DNA of 64,000 nucleotides from positions 1,265 to 65,264 of the forward strand of contig CAZNCH010000001.1 of the NCBI GenBank assembly GCA_964571555.1, in the 5' to 3' direction. This document shows positions 55,643 through 64,000 of the stretch, piece after piece. Below the pieces are notes generated by a model. It was not told the origin of the DNA, did no database searches, and saw only the letters and a program-made list of their open reading frames with translations. The position numbers were made by a program, and so were the translations under genes. This stretch comes from an uncultured Lachnospiraceae bacterium (GTDB taxonomy: Bacteria > Bacillota > Clostridia > Lachnospirales > Lachnospiraceae). How positions within the stretch are numbered: the first letter of the stretch is position 1; every line of letters starts with the position of its first letter.

Positions 55643-58351
55643 ATGAAAGTGGATTTGCAGAAGATCAATCAGAATGTTGACATGGAAAAAACCGCATATC
55701 ATGTACCGGAGCGGGTTTTGGAAGCAGGGATCGCGACTGCCGCTTCGGGATATTCCTTAGACATTACAGGCAATGTTACGGATAACATGGCATATAGGGA
55801 AGAGGGTCTGAGATCGTTAGAAGATTTCCGCCTTGCCGCCGGTCGTTTAGACGTAACGCAGCAGCGAAATTACATGACCGTAATGTCTAATTCCATGTCA
55901 ACAGAAGATTTTGCCAAATTGCAGAAAGAGGGCTATCGTCCCGGCGCGGTTGCCGTGGAGGATCTGGTCACCAATCTGGATAAGATCAAGGCGAAGGTGG
56001 CGGAAGCCGGTACTGTAATTGCAGGGTTCAACGACGATCTTTCCATGGAAGAAATGGAAAGGATTACGGGAAGCAGGGCGGAAGCGCTCAAGATCTCTGC
56101 GGCGCTGATCGAAAACGATCTCCCGGTGACCGAAGAAAACCTTCGAAACATCAAGGAAGCCTTTGAGGAGAGCGAACAGATTACAGAGGTCACCGACAGC
56201 ATGCTGCGTTTCCTCGTCAAAAATCCGATGGAACCTACCGTCGGAAACCTGTATAAAGCACAGTTCAGTAGCGGAACGGAAGCGCTCAGACCTTCCGGGG
56301 GCTATTATCCGGAAGAGACGAACGGCTATTATGCGAAGAAAGCGGAGCAGATCGAATGGAGCCGGATCGGCGATTCCGTCAATCGAATCATTGAAGACGC
56401 AGGACTTTCCGGTGTGGCGTCTGCACAGGATGAGGCAAGATGGACGATTGCACAGGGGTTGCCGCTAACCAGGGACAGTTTGCGGCAGGTTCATACCTAT
56501 CGGGAGATCCGCTTTCCTTTAGAAAAAGCGATGCTGCTTCCTAAATTTACGGCTGCGATTGCGGTCGGCAGGAAACCGCAGCAGGCGAATCTGACGACAG
56601 AACGGCAGCAGCCGCCGCACTTCGCATCAAAGCGGATGCTGGAAGAAACGCGGCTGATGATGAGCATTGAAGCAAACAGGTCGCTTGCAAGACAGGGTCT
56701 TTGGATCGATACGCAGGAACTTGCGCGTGCGGTTGCGCAATTGGAAGAAGCGGAGAAAGAACTGTTCGGTCGCGCCATTGACGTCATACAGGAGATCGCG
56801 GAACAGCCCGCGGAATCCATTCAGGCGGCGGTTTTTGATACACGCAGTTTTACGCCGGTACAGTTACATGAAATCGGACAGTCGCTGAAGCAATCTTACG
56901 ATGCGGCGATGAAGCGGTATGAAACGGTCTGGACAGCGCCGAGAGCCGATCTTGGAGATTCCATTCAGAAGGCGTTTCGAAATGTGGATGAGATTCTTGC
57001 GGATCTGAATCGGATTCCGGATGAAGTGAACCGCAAGACGGTACGGATCTTAGGATATACGGAAACAGAGATAACGGAAGAAAATTTCGAACGCGTCAGA
57101 GAGGCAACAAAAGCGGTGCTCGAGGTGATCGAGCGGATGACGCCGGAGAAGATGCTCGCAATGATCCGCGACGGATTCAATCCGCTGAATGAGAGCATGA
57201 CGGATGTGGCAGACTATCTGAAACGGAAAACGGACAGCGAGCGGGCGGAAAGTTACAGCGAATATATTTGGAAACTGGAGAAAAACGGAGAGGTGACTCC
57301 GTCCGAGAAGGAGGCGTACATCGGAATCTGCCGCCTGATTCGTCAGATTGAGAAAAACGACGGCAGACCGATCGGGGATGTATTAAACACGGAAGAACAG
57401 CTGACGTTGCAGAATCTTCTCAACGCGGTGCGATCCAGAACAGCGGCGGGCATGGACGTAGGGATCGACGATGCATTCGGAACGCTGGAAACCTTACAGG
57501 AAAAAGGAACATCCATTACGGAGCAGATCCTGCAGGCCTTCGATCAAGTCATACGGACGGCGGACACAGAGGAAGCCGAACAGTTGCTGGCAAAGGAAGC
57601 GAAACAGCAATCCGCCGAGGCGATGAACGTTTCGGATGAGGCGCTGGGCGCGCTTCTGGATACAGGACTTCCGGTAAATGCCGATCACCTGCTTGCGGCG
57701 CAGTACCTGATGCATCAGAGGGGCGCGACGTTTGCGGCTTTCGGAAAGTTATTAAAAAGGACAACGGCGGAAGAGACACGGGAGGCGAAAGAAAAGACAG
57801 AAGGCTTCGTTGATCTGCTCGGTACGGAAGACGATCCTGCGGAAGCATATCGCAGTATGACGGTGGCGGCGGAAAGCGTGATCAACGAAGAGACGTTTCG
57901 GGAAGTTGATCCCGACCGACTGCGTGCGTTAAGGCTGCTGCATAAGCAGTTGTATGTGGCAGGGGCGATGGCACGAAGAGAGACTTACGAAGTACCGATG
58001 GAAATCGAGGGTTCTCTGACCGGCATCCATCTTCGCATTCTGCGCGGTACGGAGACGGCGGAAGCGGCAATCAGTTTCGAAACGGAAGGATACGGGAGCG
58101 TCAGAGCGCGATTTTCACTGCATCAGGAGAAAGTAAACGGTTATGTGACAGGTGATTCGGAAGAGGGAATCCGAAAGCTTTCGGAGCAAAAAGCAGCCTT
58201 TACGGAACTGGCGGGATACGATACGGAAGCCATCCGCTACTTCGTTACAAAGGATCTCAAACCGGACCGCGCGACACAGACGGATCAGGGAAACAAAGCA
58301 AGCGTCAGAGCATTATACGGCGTCGTCAGAGCGTTTCTGAAGAGCCTATAG
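55643..58351 (+). CDS. large acidic flagellar-locus protein with a FliK-like C-terminal domain (possibly DUF6240 family)
   Basis: 902 aa, helical and acidic, with recurring (G)LPVT/LPLT/LPVN...L segments. The C-terminal beta-rich block (MEIEGSLTGIHLRILRG...ISFETEGYGSVRARFSL...VNGYVTGD) resembles the FliK hook-length-control C-domain. It is co-oriented 16 nt upstream of flagellin. Confidence 0.4.
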   Translation: MKVDLQKINQNVDMEKTAYHVPERVLEAGIATAASGYSLDITGNVTDNMAYREEGLRSLEDFRLAAGRLDVTQQRNYMTVMSNSMSTEDFAKLQKEGYRPGAVAVEDLVTNLDKIKAKVAEAGTVIAGFNDDLSMEEMERITGSRAEALKISAALIENDLPVTEENLRNIKEAFEESEQITEVTDSMLRFLVKNPMEPTVGNLYKAQFSSGTEALRPSGGYYPEETNGYYAKKAEQIEWSRIGDSVNRIIEDAGLSGVASAQDEARWTIAQGLPLTRDSLRQVHTYREIRFPLEKAMLLPKFTAAIAVGRKPQQANLTTERQQPPHFASKRMLEETRLMMSIEANRSLARQGLWIDTQELARAVAQLEEAEKELFGRAIDVIQEIAEQPAESIQAAVFDTRSFTPVQLHEIGQSLKQSYDAAMKRYETVWTAPRADLGDSIQKAFRNVDEILADLNRIPDEVNRKTVRILGYTETEITEENFERVREATKAVLEVIERMTPEKMLAMIRDGFNPLNESMTDVADYLKRKTDSERAESYSEYIWKLEKNGEVTPSEKEAYIGICRLIRQIEKNDGRPIGDVLNTEEQLTLQNLLNAVRSRTAAGMDVGIDDAFGTLETLQEKGTSITEQILQAFDQVIRTADTEEAEQLLAKEAKQQSAEAMNVSDEALGALLDTGLPVNADHLLAAQYLMHQRGATFAAFGKLLKRTTAEETREAKEKTEGFVDLLGTEDDPAEAYRSMTVAAESVINEETFREVDPDRLRALRLLHKQLYVAGAMARRETYEVPMEIEGSLTGIHLRILRGTETAEAAISFETEGYGSVRARFSLHQEKVNGYVTGDSEEGIRKLSEQKAAFTELAGYDTEAIRYFVTKDLKPDRATQTDQGNKASVRALYGVVRAFLKSL

Positions 58352-58367
58352 AAAGAGAGGTAGTTCC

Positions 58368-59468
58368 ATGAAGATCAATTCGAATATTCAGGCACAGATT
58401 ACCAACAACATTTTGCGAAGAAACGAGGGTGCGCTTTCCGCGTCTTCCGAAAAACTTTCGAGCGGGTATCGAATCAACAGCGCAAGAGACAACCCGGCGG
58501 GCATTGCCATTACGAACAAGATGAATGCCCAGATCAGAAGTTTGTCGAAGGCGACACAGAATTCCAAGAATGCGTCCAACGTGATTGCAACTGCCGAAGG
58601 CGCACTTTCGGAGATCCAGAACATGATCCAGAGAATGAGCGAACTGGCGGTCAAGGGAGCCAACGATACCAACACCGATGAAGACCGCGCTGCGATCGAG
58701 AAAGAAATACAGGCGCTGAAAGAGGAGGTTGTCAGAGTCGCGCAGGAGACGGAATACAATACGCAGAGTCTCTTAAACGGAGAGCAGGCGCTTCGCGGCT
58801 ATGCCTATTTCAATCAGCCTGCCGATAACGGAAAGTTACATGTGGAGAACCATAATGCGGCATTTCCGGCAGGGGAATACAATATCGGAATCAGCCAGGA
58901 CGGAAGCGGCGTTGTGACCTTGACCGGCTTCCCGACCGGTTATAATGTGATCACAGAGGGAGAAATGGTGACCGTCAAAACCGATCAGGGCGGAGAACTG
59001 AAACTCTCTTTCCGCGCCGGCGATATTCCGATCGCGCCGGCGGAACTGCAGGCACGACTCGACCTCAAGGACACCGGCGGAATGAGTATTCAGGTCGGCT
59101 TCTCCGAGGGACAGGAGATCCAATTGGTGATTCCTGAGATTTCTCTGAAGAACCTCGGCATTGAAGACTTGCACATGGATACGATAGACGGATGCAAACA
59201 GGCAATGGATCAGCTCGAGGAGGCGCTGCGGTTTGTTTCCGCAACCCGTTCGGAACTCGGTGCGGTGCAGAACCGTTTGGAAGCGACGATTTCCAATCTG
59301 GATATTTCGATTGAGAATCTCACCAATTCCTATTCGACAATCAAGGATACGGATATGGCGGAAGAGATGGTGGAATATACCAAATTGCAGGTTCTGGTAC
59401 AGGCGGGAACCACAATGCTGACGCAGGCAAACGAACAGCCGCAGCAGGCGTTGCAGTTATTGCAGTAG
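58368..59468 (+). CDS. fliC: flagellin
   Basis: Conserved N-terminal D0/D1 (MKINSNIQAQ...LSSGYRINSARDNPAG) and C-terminal D1/D0 (RSELGAVQNRLE...MVEYTKLQVLVQAGTTMLTQANEQPQQALQLLQ). The variable region is short. Confidence 0.95.
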   Translation: MKINSNIQAQITNNILRRNEGALSASSEKLSSGYRINSARDNPAGIAITNKMNAQIRSLSKATQNSKNASNVIATAEGALSEIQNMIQRMSELAVKGANDTNTDEDRAAIEKEIQALKEEVVRVAQETEYNTQSLLNGEQALRGYAYFNQPADNGKLHVENHNAAFPAGEYNIGISQDGSGVVTLTGFPTGYNVITEGEMVTVKTDQGGELKLSFRAGDIPIAPAELQARLDLKDTGGMSIQVGFSEGQEIQLVIPEISLKNLGIEDLHMDTIDGCKQAMDQLEEALRFVSATRSELGAVQNRLEATISNLDISIENLTNSYSTIKDTDMAEEMVEYTKLQVLVQAGTTMLTQANEQPQQALQLLQ

Positions 59469-59483
59469 CACGGGGGACTACAG

Positions 59484-59963
59484 ATGAAGAAAGAACTGGT
59501 GCAGGCATACACGCTTAGGATCTCACAAGCCAACCCCAGCGAAATCATTGCGATCGTCTATGCGCTGGCGGGGCAGTATTTGTCCGACGCGCAGGAGGCC
59601 TACGACGCAGGGGAGATACCGGAATTCACGGACGCCTGTCATGGCGCAAAGCGGTGTCTGAACCATTTACTGCAGGCGCTTGATGATGCGCAGGAATTAT
59701 CGGTGCCGTTGGCGAACCTGTATATTTATTTCAACAAGGAAATCAGCATGGGCTGTGCAAGGCGGGATATGGAGCGGCTCCTGACCGTGAAAAGACAGAT
59801 TTCGGAACTGGAAGCATCCTTTGTCGAACTGGCAAAGCAGGATGGCTCCAATGCCGTGATGCAGAATCCTCAAGCGGTCTATGCCGGTCTGACCTACGGT
59901 AGAGAACAGTTGAACGAGAGCCTATACGATTACGATACGGACAGCAGGGGATTTCGCGCATAA
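59484..59963 (+). CDS. fliS: flagellar export chaperone FliS
   Basis: Size, four-helix pattern and position directly after flagellin. The ...ANLYIYFNKEI... region is typical of FliS. Confidence 0.7.
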   Translation: MKKELVQAYTLRISQANPSEIIAIVYALAGQYLSDAQEAYDAGEIPEFTDACHGAKRCLNHLLQALDDAQELSVPLANLYIYFNKEISMGCARRDMERLLTVKRQISELEASFVELAKQDGSNAVMQNPQAVYAGLTYGREQLNESLYDYDTDSRGFRA

Positions 59964-60067
59964 ATAGGTCTCCATGCGATAGAAGAAACCAAAGATTCGA
60001 CCGCAGGGGAAGAGACGGAATACAGAGCGATTCTACTTGACAACGGCTGAGTTAAGATGCGGTCTGA

Positions 60068-60112
60068 TAAAGTTGGTGGTTATTTCGGTAATAATCACCA
60101 ACTTTTTATTTT
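60068..60112 (+). terminator. rho-independent terminator of the flagellin operon
   Basis: ~16-bp stem AAAGTTGGTGGTTATT / AATAATCACCAACTTT with one G-U pair, followed by TTTTATTTT. Confidence 0.75.
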
Positions 60113-60284
60113 ACGTAAGAGAGATGAAACGCCATGAATTATATGATTTTCACAAAGATCGAAAGATTGTAGAAATCATATGGACAAGCGGTCGAAAAGC
60201 CTCTACAATACAAATTACAAATCAAGACACAGCGGCAGAGCAAAGACAGATCTCGTGCGTGTGCACAAATTTTCAAAGTAAAAT

Positions 60285-60719
60285 ATGGATGGATTCGTGC
60301 TGATTACAATTTTAATGATGGCGTCAGCCAGTGACTTAGTGTACGCCAAAATACCGAACCGCTTGATTGCGCTCGGACTGGGATATGCCGTGTTCACAAC
60401 CTTACTTTCGGGAAAGGCGGAACTTGTCTCCGACAGGGTGATCGGTACTTTCCTTCCCATCGTTGCACTGCTGTGGCTGTTGCGGTTTGAACTACTGGGA
60501 GCAGGCGACATGAAACTGTTCAGTGTCGTCGGGGCGTTCTTGGGTGTGAGAGCGGTTCTGTTCAGTATCGGCATATCGTTTTCGGTCGGTGCGTTGATAG
60601 GCGGTATCAAAATGATAAGAACCGGAATGTGGCGGACGTTTCCGTACGGAAGGGTATCGATCCGATTCGCATTGCCGGTATTGATCGGAACCATCGTGTG
60701 TATGGCGCTGGGCGCGTGA
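60285..60719 (+). CDS. A24 family prepilin peptidase, short CpaA/TadV type
   Basis: 144 aa, polytopic, with the two catalytic Asp contexts (SASDLVYAKIPN and GAGDMKLF). Confidence 0.8.
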   Translation: MDGFVLITILMMASASDLVYAKIPNRLIALGLGYAVFTTLLSGKAELVSDRVIGTFLPIVALLWLLRFELLGAGDMKLFSVVGAFLGVRAVLFSIGISFSVGALIGGIKMIRTGMWRTFPYGRVSIRFALPVLIGTIVCMALGA

Positions 60720-60720
60720 G

Positions 60721-62292
60721 GTGAAACGGTTGCGTGAGGAAGAAATTGTTTTGTGTGAAGAGGATACGGAACATGCACAGAGACTGATTAATTTTCTGAG
60801 AAAGCAAGAGAATCCCAAATATCGGGTTCGCTACTACCATTCGCCGCAGGAAATGCTTCGCGAACGTCCGCAGGCGGACGTGTTGCTGCTCGATGAAGCT
60901 GTCTACGCGTCCTGCAAGACGGAATTGGAGAAAACGGTGATTGCGGCGAAGCGGGGGATCCTTTGTACCGACAGGAAAGAGACCTATCCGAAAGGCAGGG
61001 TCTATAAATACCAGTCCGCGAGACGAATCTTAAGCGAAATCGGTTGTGTGTCGGATGCGGAGAGAAGAACGGAGAATGGCGCCGTTGCTTTGGATCGGAA
61101 ACTCCGGCTGAAAACCGAGGTCTTAAGAAGACTGTCGCACAGGGCCGAGGATTCGGAGGAAGTTGTTTTTCTTGCGATTGAGGAATGCCTGAAAAAGGAA
61201 GACCTGCGCCATCCGATGCGACCGGAAGAGATGGAAGCGCTGCGCAGAGAACTGTTTCACGCGATCAAAGGTCTGGATGTATTGCAGGAACTCCTTGAGG
61301 ATCCGGAGATTACGGAGATCATGGTGAACGGCTATGACAGGATCTTCATTGAGAAAAGCGGACGACTCTATGCGAGCGGTCGCAGTTTTGAATCGAAAGA
61401 ACGACTGCTTGAGATTATCAGACAGGTTGTCGCAGGCGCAAACAGAACGGTGAATCTGGCAGCGCCGATTGTGGATGCCAGACTGCCCGACGGTTCCCGT
61501 GTTAACGCCGTGCTGGATCCCGTCGCGCTGGACGGACCGCTTCTTACGATTCGCCGGTTCGGGGAACAGCCGATGACGGCGGAGAAACTTCTGGAACTGG
61601 GATCCGTGACCGAGGAATGCTTAAACTTCCTGCGCCGTCTGGTCGGCGCAGGTTACAACATCCTGATCAGTGGCGGAACCGGCGCAGGCAAGACAACGCT
61701 GCTTAACGTCCTTTCTTCCTTTATTCCCAAGGATGAGCGGATCATTACAATCGAAGACAGCGCGGAGCTGAGACTTACGGAAATTGAGAATCTGGTGAGG
61801 TTCGAAGCCAGGATGGAAACGGCGGACGGCGTTGCGGCAATTACGATTCGGGATCTGATCAAAACCGCATTGCGGTCCAGACCGGATCGTGTGATCGTTG
61901 GAGAAGTCCGTTCCGAAGAGGCAATCGATATGCTGCAGGCGTTGAATATCGGACAGGACGGATCCATGTCGACGATTCATGCCAACTCTGCGGTAGATGC
62001 GCTTTCCAGACTGGAGACGATCGCAATGCTGTCATCGGAACTTCCGCTCAGAGCCCTGCGTCGTCAGATTGCTTCCGGAATTGATATTGTCATCCATGTC
62101 GAAAGATGCAGGGACAAGCGTCGTCGGGTCCTTGAAGTTGTCGAGGTTTTAGGAATGGAAAATGAAGAGATCAGAACACAGCCGCTGTTTGAATTTGAAG
62201 ACGGCGGCACGAGGGAAGAAGCGGGCGGTCGGTTAGTGCGCAGAGAAGAACTGCGCCATGACGGGAAGCTGCTGCGGGCAGAAATGAAATGA
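60721..62292 (+). CDS. cpaF: CpaF/TadA-family secretion ATPase with an N-terminal receiver-like domain
   Basis: Walker A GGTGAGKTTLLN, Asp box and His box typical of the T2SS/T4P/Tad ATPase family. The first ~110 aa look like a REC fold (IVLCEED...ADVLLLDE...LCTD...YKYQ). The start is GTG at 60721 or TTG at 60730. Confidence 0.85.
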   Translation: MKRLREEEIVLCEEDTEHAQRLINFLRKQENPKYRVRYYHSPQEMLRERPQADVLLLDEAVYASCKTELEKTVIAAKRGILCTDRKETYPKGRVYKYQSARRILSEIGCVSDAERRTENGAVALDRKLRLKTEVLRRLSHRAEDSEEVVFLAIEECLKKEDLRHPMRPEEMEALRRELFHAIKGLDVLQELLEDPEITEIMVNGYDRIFIEKSGRLYASGRSFESKERLLEIIRQVVAGANRTVNLAAPIVDARLPDGSRVNAVLDPVALDGPLLTIRRFGEQPMTAEKLLELGSVTEECLNFLRRLVGAGYNILISGGTGAGKTTLLNVLSSFIPKDERIITIEDSAELRLTEIENLVRFEARMETADGVAAITIRDLIKTALRSRPDRVIVGEVRSEEAIDMLQALNIGQDGSMSTIHANSAVDALSRLETIAMLSSELPLRALRRQIASGIDIVIHVERCRDKRRRVLEVVEVLGMENEEIRTQPLFEFEDGGTREEAGGRLVRREELRHDGKLLRAEMK

Positions 62293-63026
62293 ACTATGAC
62301 AGATATCGTCCGACCACAAGAGAAGCGCTCAAAATTCTTGGAGAATATCTTTTGATCAATACCGTGTTTTCTTATCTGTTCTATGATTCGATCCTTGCTT
62401 TTTTGTGCGGCTTGCTCTTGTTTCCGTTCTATGCGGGATATCGCAGGAAGGAGCTTTGCAGAAAGCGATGCAGGGAATTACAGGAACAGTTTCAGCAGTT
62501 GATGCTTGCGGTTTCCGGAAAGATCAAAGGCGGAATGTCGGCGGAAAATGCATTTCCCGCATGCGGAAGCGATATGGCGGCTCTCTTTGGGCAAAATGCG
62601 CCAATTGTGAGAGAACTGAAACAGATATCGCTGCAGATGTCCCGATCCGTACCCTTGGAAGACTGTATTCAAGATCTGGGCATCAGATCGGGGGTGCCGG
62701 AGATCTATGAGTTCTCACAGGTGTTCTGCATTGCGAGAAACAACAGCGGCAGAATGCGTGCGGTGATCGAAGATACGACCGGGTTGATGCAGGAGAAAAG
62801 GGAAACGGAAGAAGAGATTCAGACCCTGCTGGGCGGCAAAAAATTAGAGCAGCGGCTGATGTGTGTGATCCCGCTGGGGATTATCTTCTATCTGCGGCTG
62901 TCTGCGCCGGAATTCTTAAAGATCCTCTACCACAACGGATTCGGTGTCTGCGTTATGAGCGTCTGTCTTATCACATATGCGGCAGCCTTTCTGCTTGCGG
63001 AGCGGATCCTTCGGATTCGTGTTTAG
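62289..63026 (+). CDS. type II secretion system F-domain protein (TadB-like)
   Basis: ATGA overlap with cpaF and a T2SSF domain flanked by TM helices. Confidence 0.75.
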   Translation: MNYDRYRPTTREALKILGEYLLINTVFSYLFYDSILAFLCGLLLFPFYAGYRRKELCRKRCRELQEQFQQLMLAVSGKIKGGMSAENAFPACGSDMAALFGQNAPIVRELKQISLQMSRSVPLEDCIQDLGIRSGVPEIYEFSQVFCIARNNSGRMRAVIEDTTGLMQEKRETEEEIQTLLGGKKLEQRLMCVIPLGIIFYLRLSAPEFLKILYHNGFGVCVMSVCLITYAAAFLLAERILRIRV

Positions 63027-63052
63027 GGGCCTGCGGAAGAAAGGACTTTAAA

Positions 63053-64000
63053 ATGAACGGAAGAAGATCGCCATACGGCAAGTATATGTCCGCCAAACAG
63101 CATGCTGCCATGCAGAAGCTGTATGCAAACAGAGTGGAAGAACGAATGCGGGGACATTTAAAAAAGCGGCTTCTGCTCGCGCTTTCGGTCTTCTTTCTGA
63201 TCTCACTGTTTGCACTTGTGATTGCATGGAAGGATCTTCATCAGAAAGAGTTGCTGCAGGGGCGTTTCATCCGACGCAATGAAGCGGAAGGAAACAGGAA
63301 GCGCATTGCGGTCACTGCCATTTCGACACAGGGGCAGGAGAAGGAAATCAACCTGATTGTGGACAGTCGTCAATATTCGATAGAGGAAGTCTCCGCAATG
63401 TTGCCGAAGTTCTATGAAGCACTGGAACGGACGATTCTTTCTGAAAACGAGTCGCCGGATCGGGTGAATCGGAATCTTCTGCTTGTCACCTCGCTGCCCG
63501 GTTATCCGTTTCGGATTCGTTGGAAATCGGAGCGACCGCTGCTGCTGAACGGAAGCGGACAGATCGATGAAGTGCGCTTGCTTCGTGCGTTGGACGAGGG
63601 GATGACGGACGGGATTGAGGTGTGTCTGACCGCGCAGATCGAATACGGGGACTTTGCAGAGGAACGACAGATGGCAGTACGTCTGATCCGACGGGAGCAG
63701 AACGCGGAAGAAGCCTTTTGGGCGCAAATGGAGCATGCCCGACAGGTTTTGGACGAAGCAACGGCGCAGGAAACCTATCTGGAACTGCCGGAGACGGTGG
63801 ACGGAACGCAGATAAGGTATCAGGAAAGTGCGAAAGCCACAGCGCCGCTGATTTTTCTCGGAGGTATTCCGATTGCGCTTTTGTTGTTCTACAGGGACGA
63901 TCAGAGGCTTCTTCAAAAAGCGGAAGAAAGAGAGGAACAACTGCGGCAGGATTATCCCCGTCTGCTCCATCGCTTTGCACTCTATTGCAGCGCCGGTTTG
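63053..64000 (+). CDS. TadC-like membrane protein with an extra N-terminal ectodomain, 3' end outside the window
   Basis: My own translation from the ATG at 63053 (RBS GAAGAAAGGA) stays open to the window end. It runs MNGRRSPYGKY..., a TM helix (LLLALSVFFLISLFALVIAW), ~190 aa soluble, a second TM, then ...QLRQDYPRLLHRFALYCSAGL, which resembles the start of a T2SSF domain. The gene is absent from the ORF track because it is unterminated. Confidence 0.55.
   Translation, partial: MNGRRSPYGKYMSAKQHAAMQKLYANRVEERMRGHLKKRLLLALSVFFLISLFALVIAWKDLHQKELLQGRFIRRNEAEGNRKRIAVTAISTQGQEKEINLIVDSRQYSIEEVSAMLPKFYEALERTILSENESPDRVNRNLLLVTSLPGYPFRIRWKSERPLLLNGSGQIDEVRLLRALDEGMTDGIEVCLTAQIEYGDFAEERQMAVRLIRREQNAEEAFWAQMEHARQVLDEATAQETYLELPETVDGTQIRYQESAKATAPLIFLGGIPIALLLFYRDDQRLLQKAEEREEQLRQDYPRLLHRFALYCSAGL

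Noticed and set aside
59964-60067. A possible riboswitch or structured RNA between fliS and the terminator hairpin
   Set aside because: I found no promoter upstream and no match, by eye, to c-di-GMP-I/II or other riboswitch cores. It is more simply the 3' UTR of the flagellin operon.
60124-60303. 59-codon ORF (MKRHELYDFHKDRK...) with a weak RBS upstream of the prepilin peptidase, considered as a Flp pilin candidate
   Set aside because: It has no hydrophobic Flp-type segment and no G/XXXXEY processing motif. The sequence is hydrophilic. It may be a small regulatory protein, but I cannot support that from the sequence alone.
1-64000. Scan for CRISPR arrays, transposases, integrases, phage modules, tRNA and rRNA genes, and classic defence genes
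   Set aside because: I saw no direct-repeat/spacer arrays, no DDE or serine/tyrosine recombinase-like ORFs, no cloverleaf-type tRNA candidates in intergenic gaps, and no restriction-modification, Cas or abortive-infection signatures. The intergenic space is too small to hide them.

Overview
The window looks like a chromosomal segment of a moderately GC-rich Firmicute. Gene content suggests a Clostridia-type gut anaerobe. About 55 of 58 genes lie on the + strand. I saw no rRNA, tRNA, CRISPR array, transposase or prophage. In order, it contains: (1) a MATE-GNAT fusion and a CsoR/CopA copper module; (2) an envelope-glycopolymer cluster of MBOAT, an SGNH partner, a FAD enzyme and a GT-C glycosyltransferase; (3) the conserved origin-proximal block yaaR-holB-ricT-trmN6-rsmI-metG; (4) assorted genes including a lipase-like hydrolase, DUF1002, GNAT, YesL, a GGDEF cyclase, an MsmK-like ATPase, a CdaR regulator, nrdG and tadA; (5) an SRP RNA with a near-consensus promoter; (6) a LacI-controlled galK-[galE remnant]-galT locus followed by split transketolase and manA; (7) the most unusual part, at about 35.9-55.6 kb. 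This is a run of 15-16 co-directional genes, mostly coupled by start/stop overlaps. It combines two adenylating enzymes, two carrier proteins, two PlsC-type acyltransferases, three paralogous membrane-anchored alpha/beta hydrolases, a DegV/DAK2 (FakB/FakA-like) pair split by a GPH-type MFS transporter, and a MacAB-like ABC exporter with three membrane-fusion modules. I interpret it as a possibly undescribed system for scavenging, re-acylating and exporting lipids; (8) a sigma-28-type promoter driving a 902-aa FliK-like protein, flagellin and FliS; (9) the start of a Tad/Flp pilus locus whose CpaF ATPase carries a receiver-like N-terminal domain. All functional calls come from motif recognition by eye. 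No database search was run.
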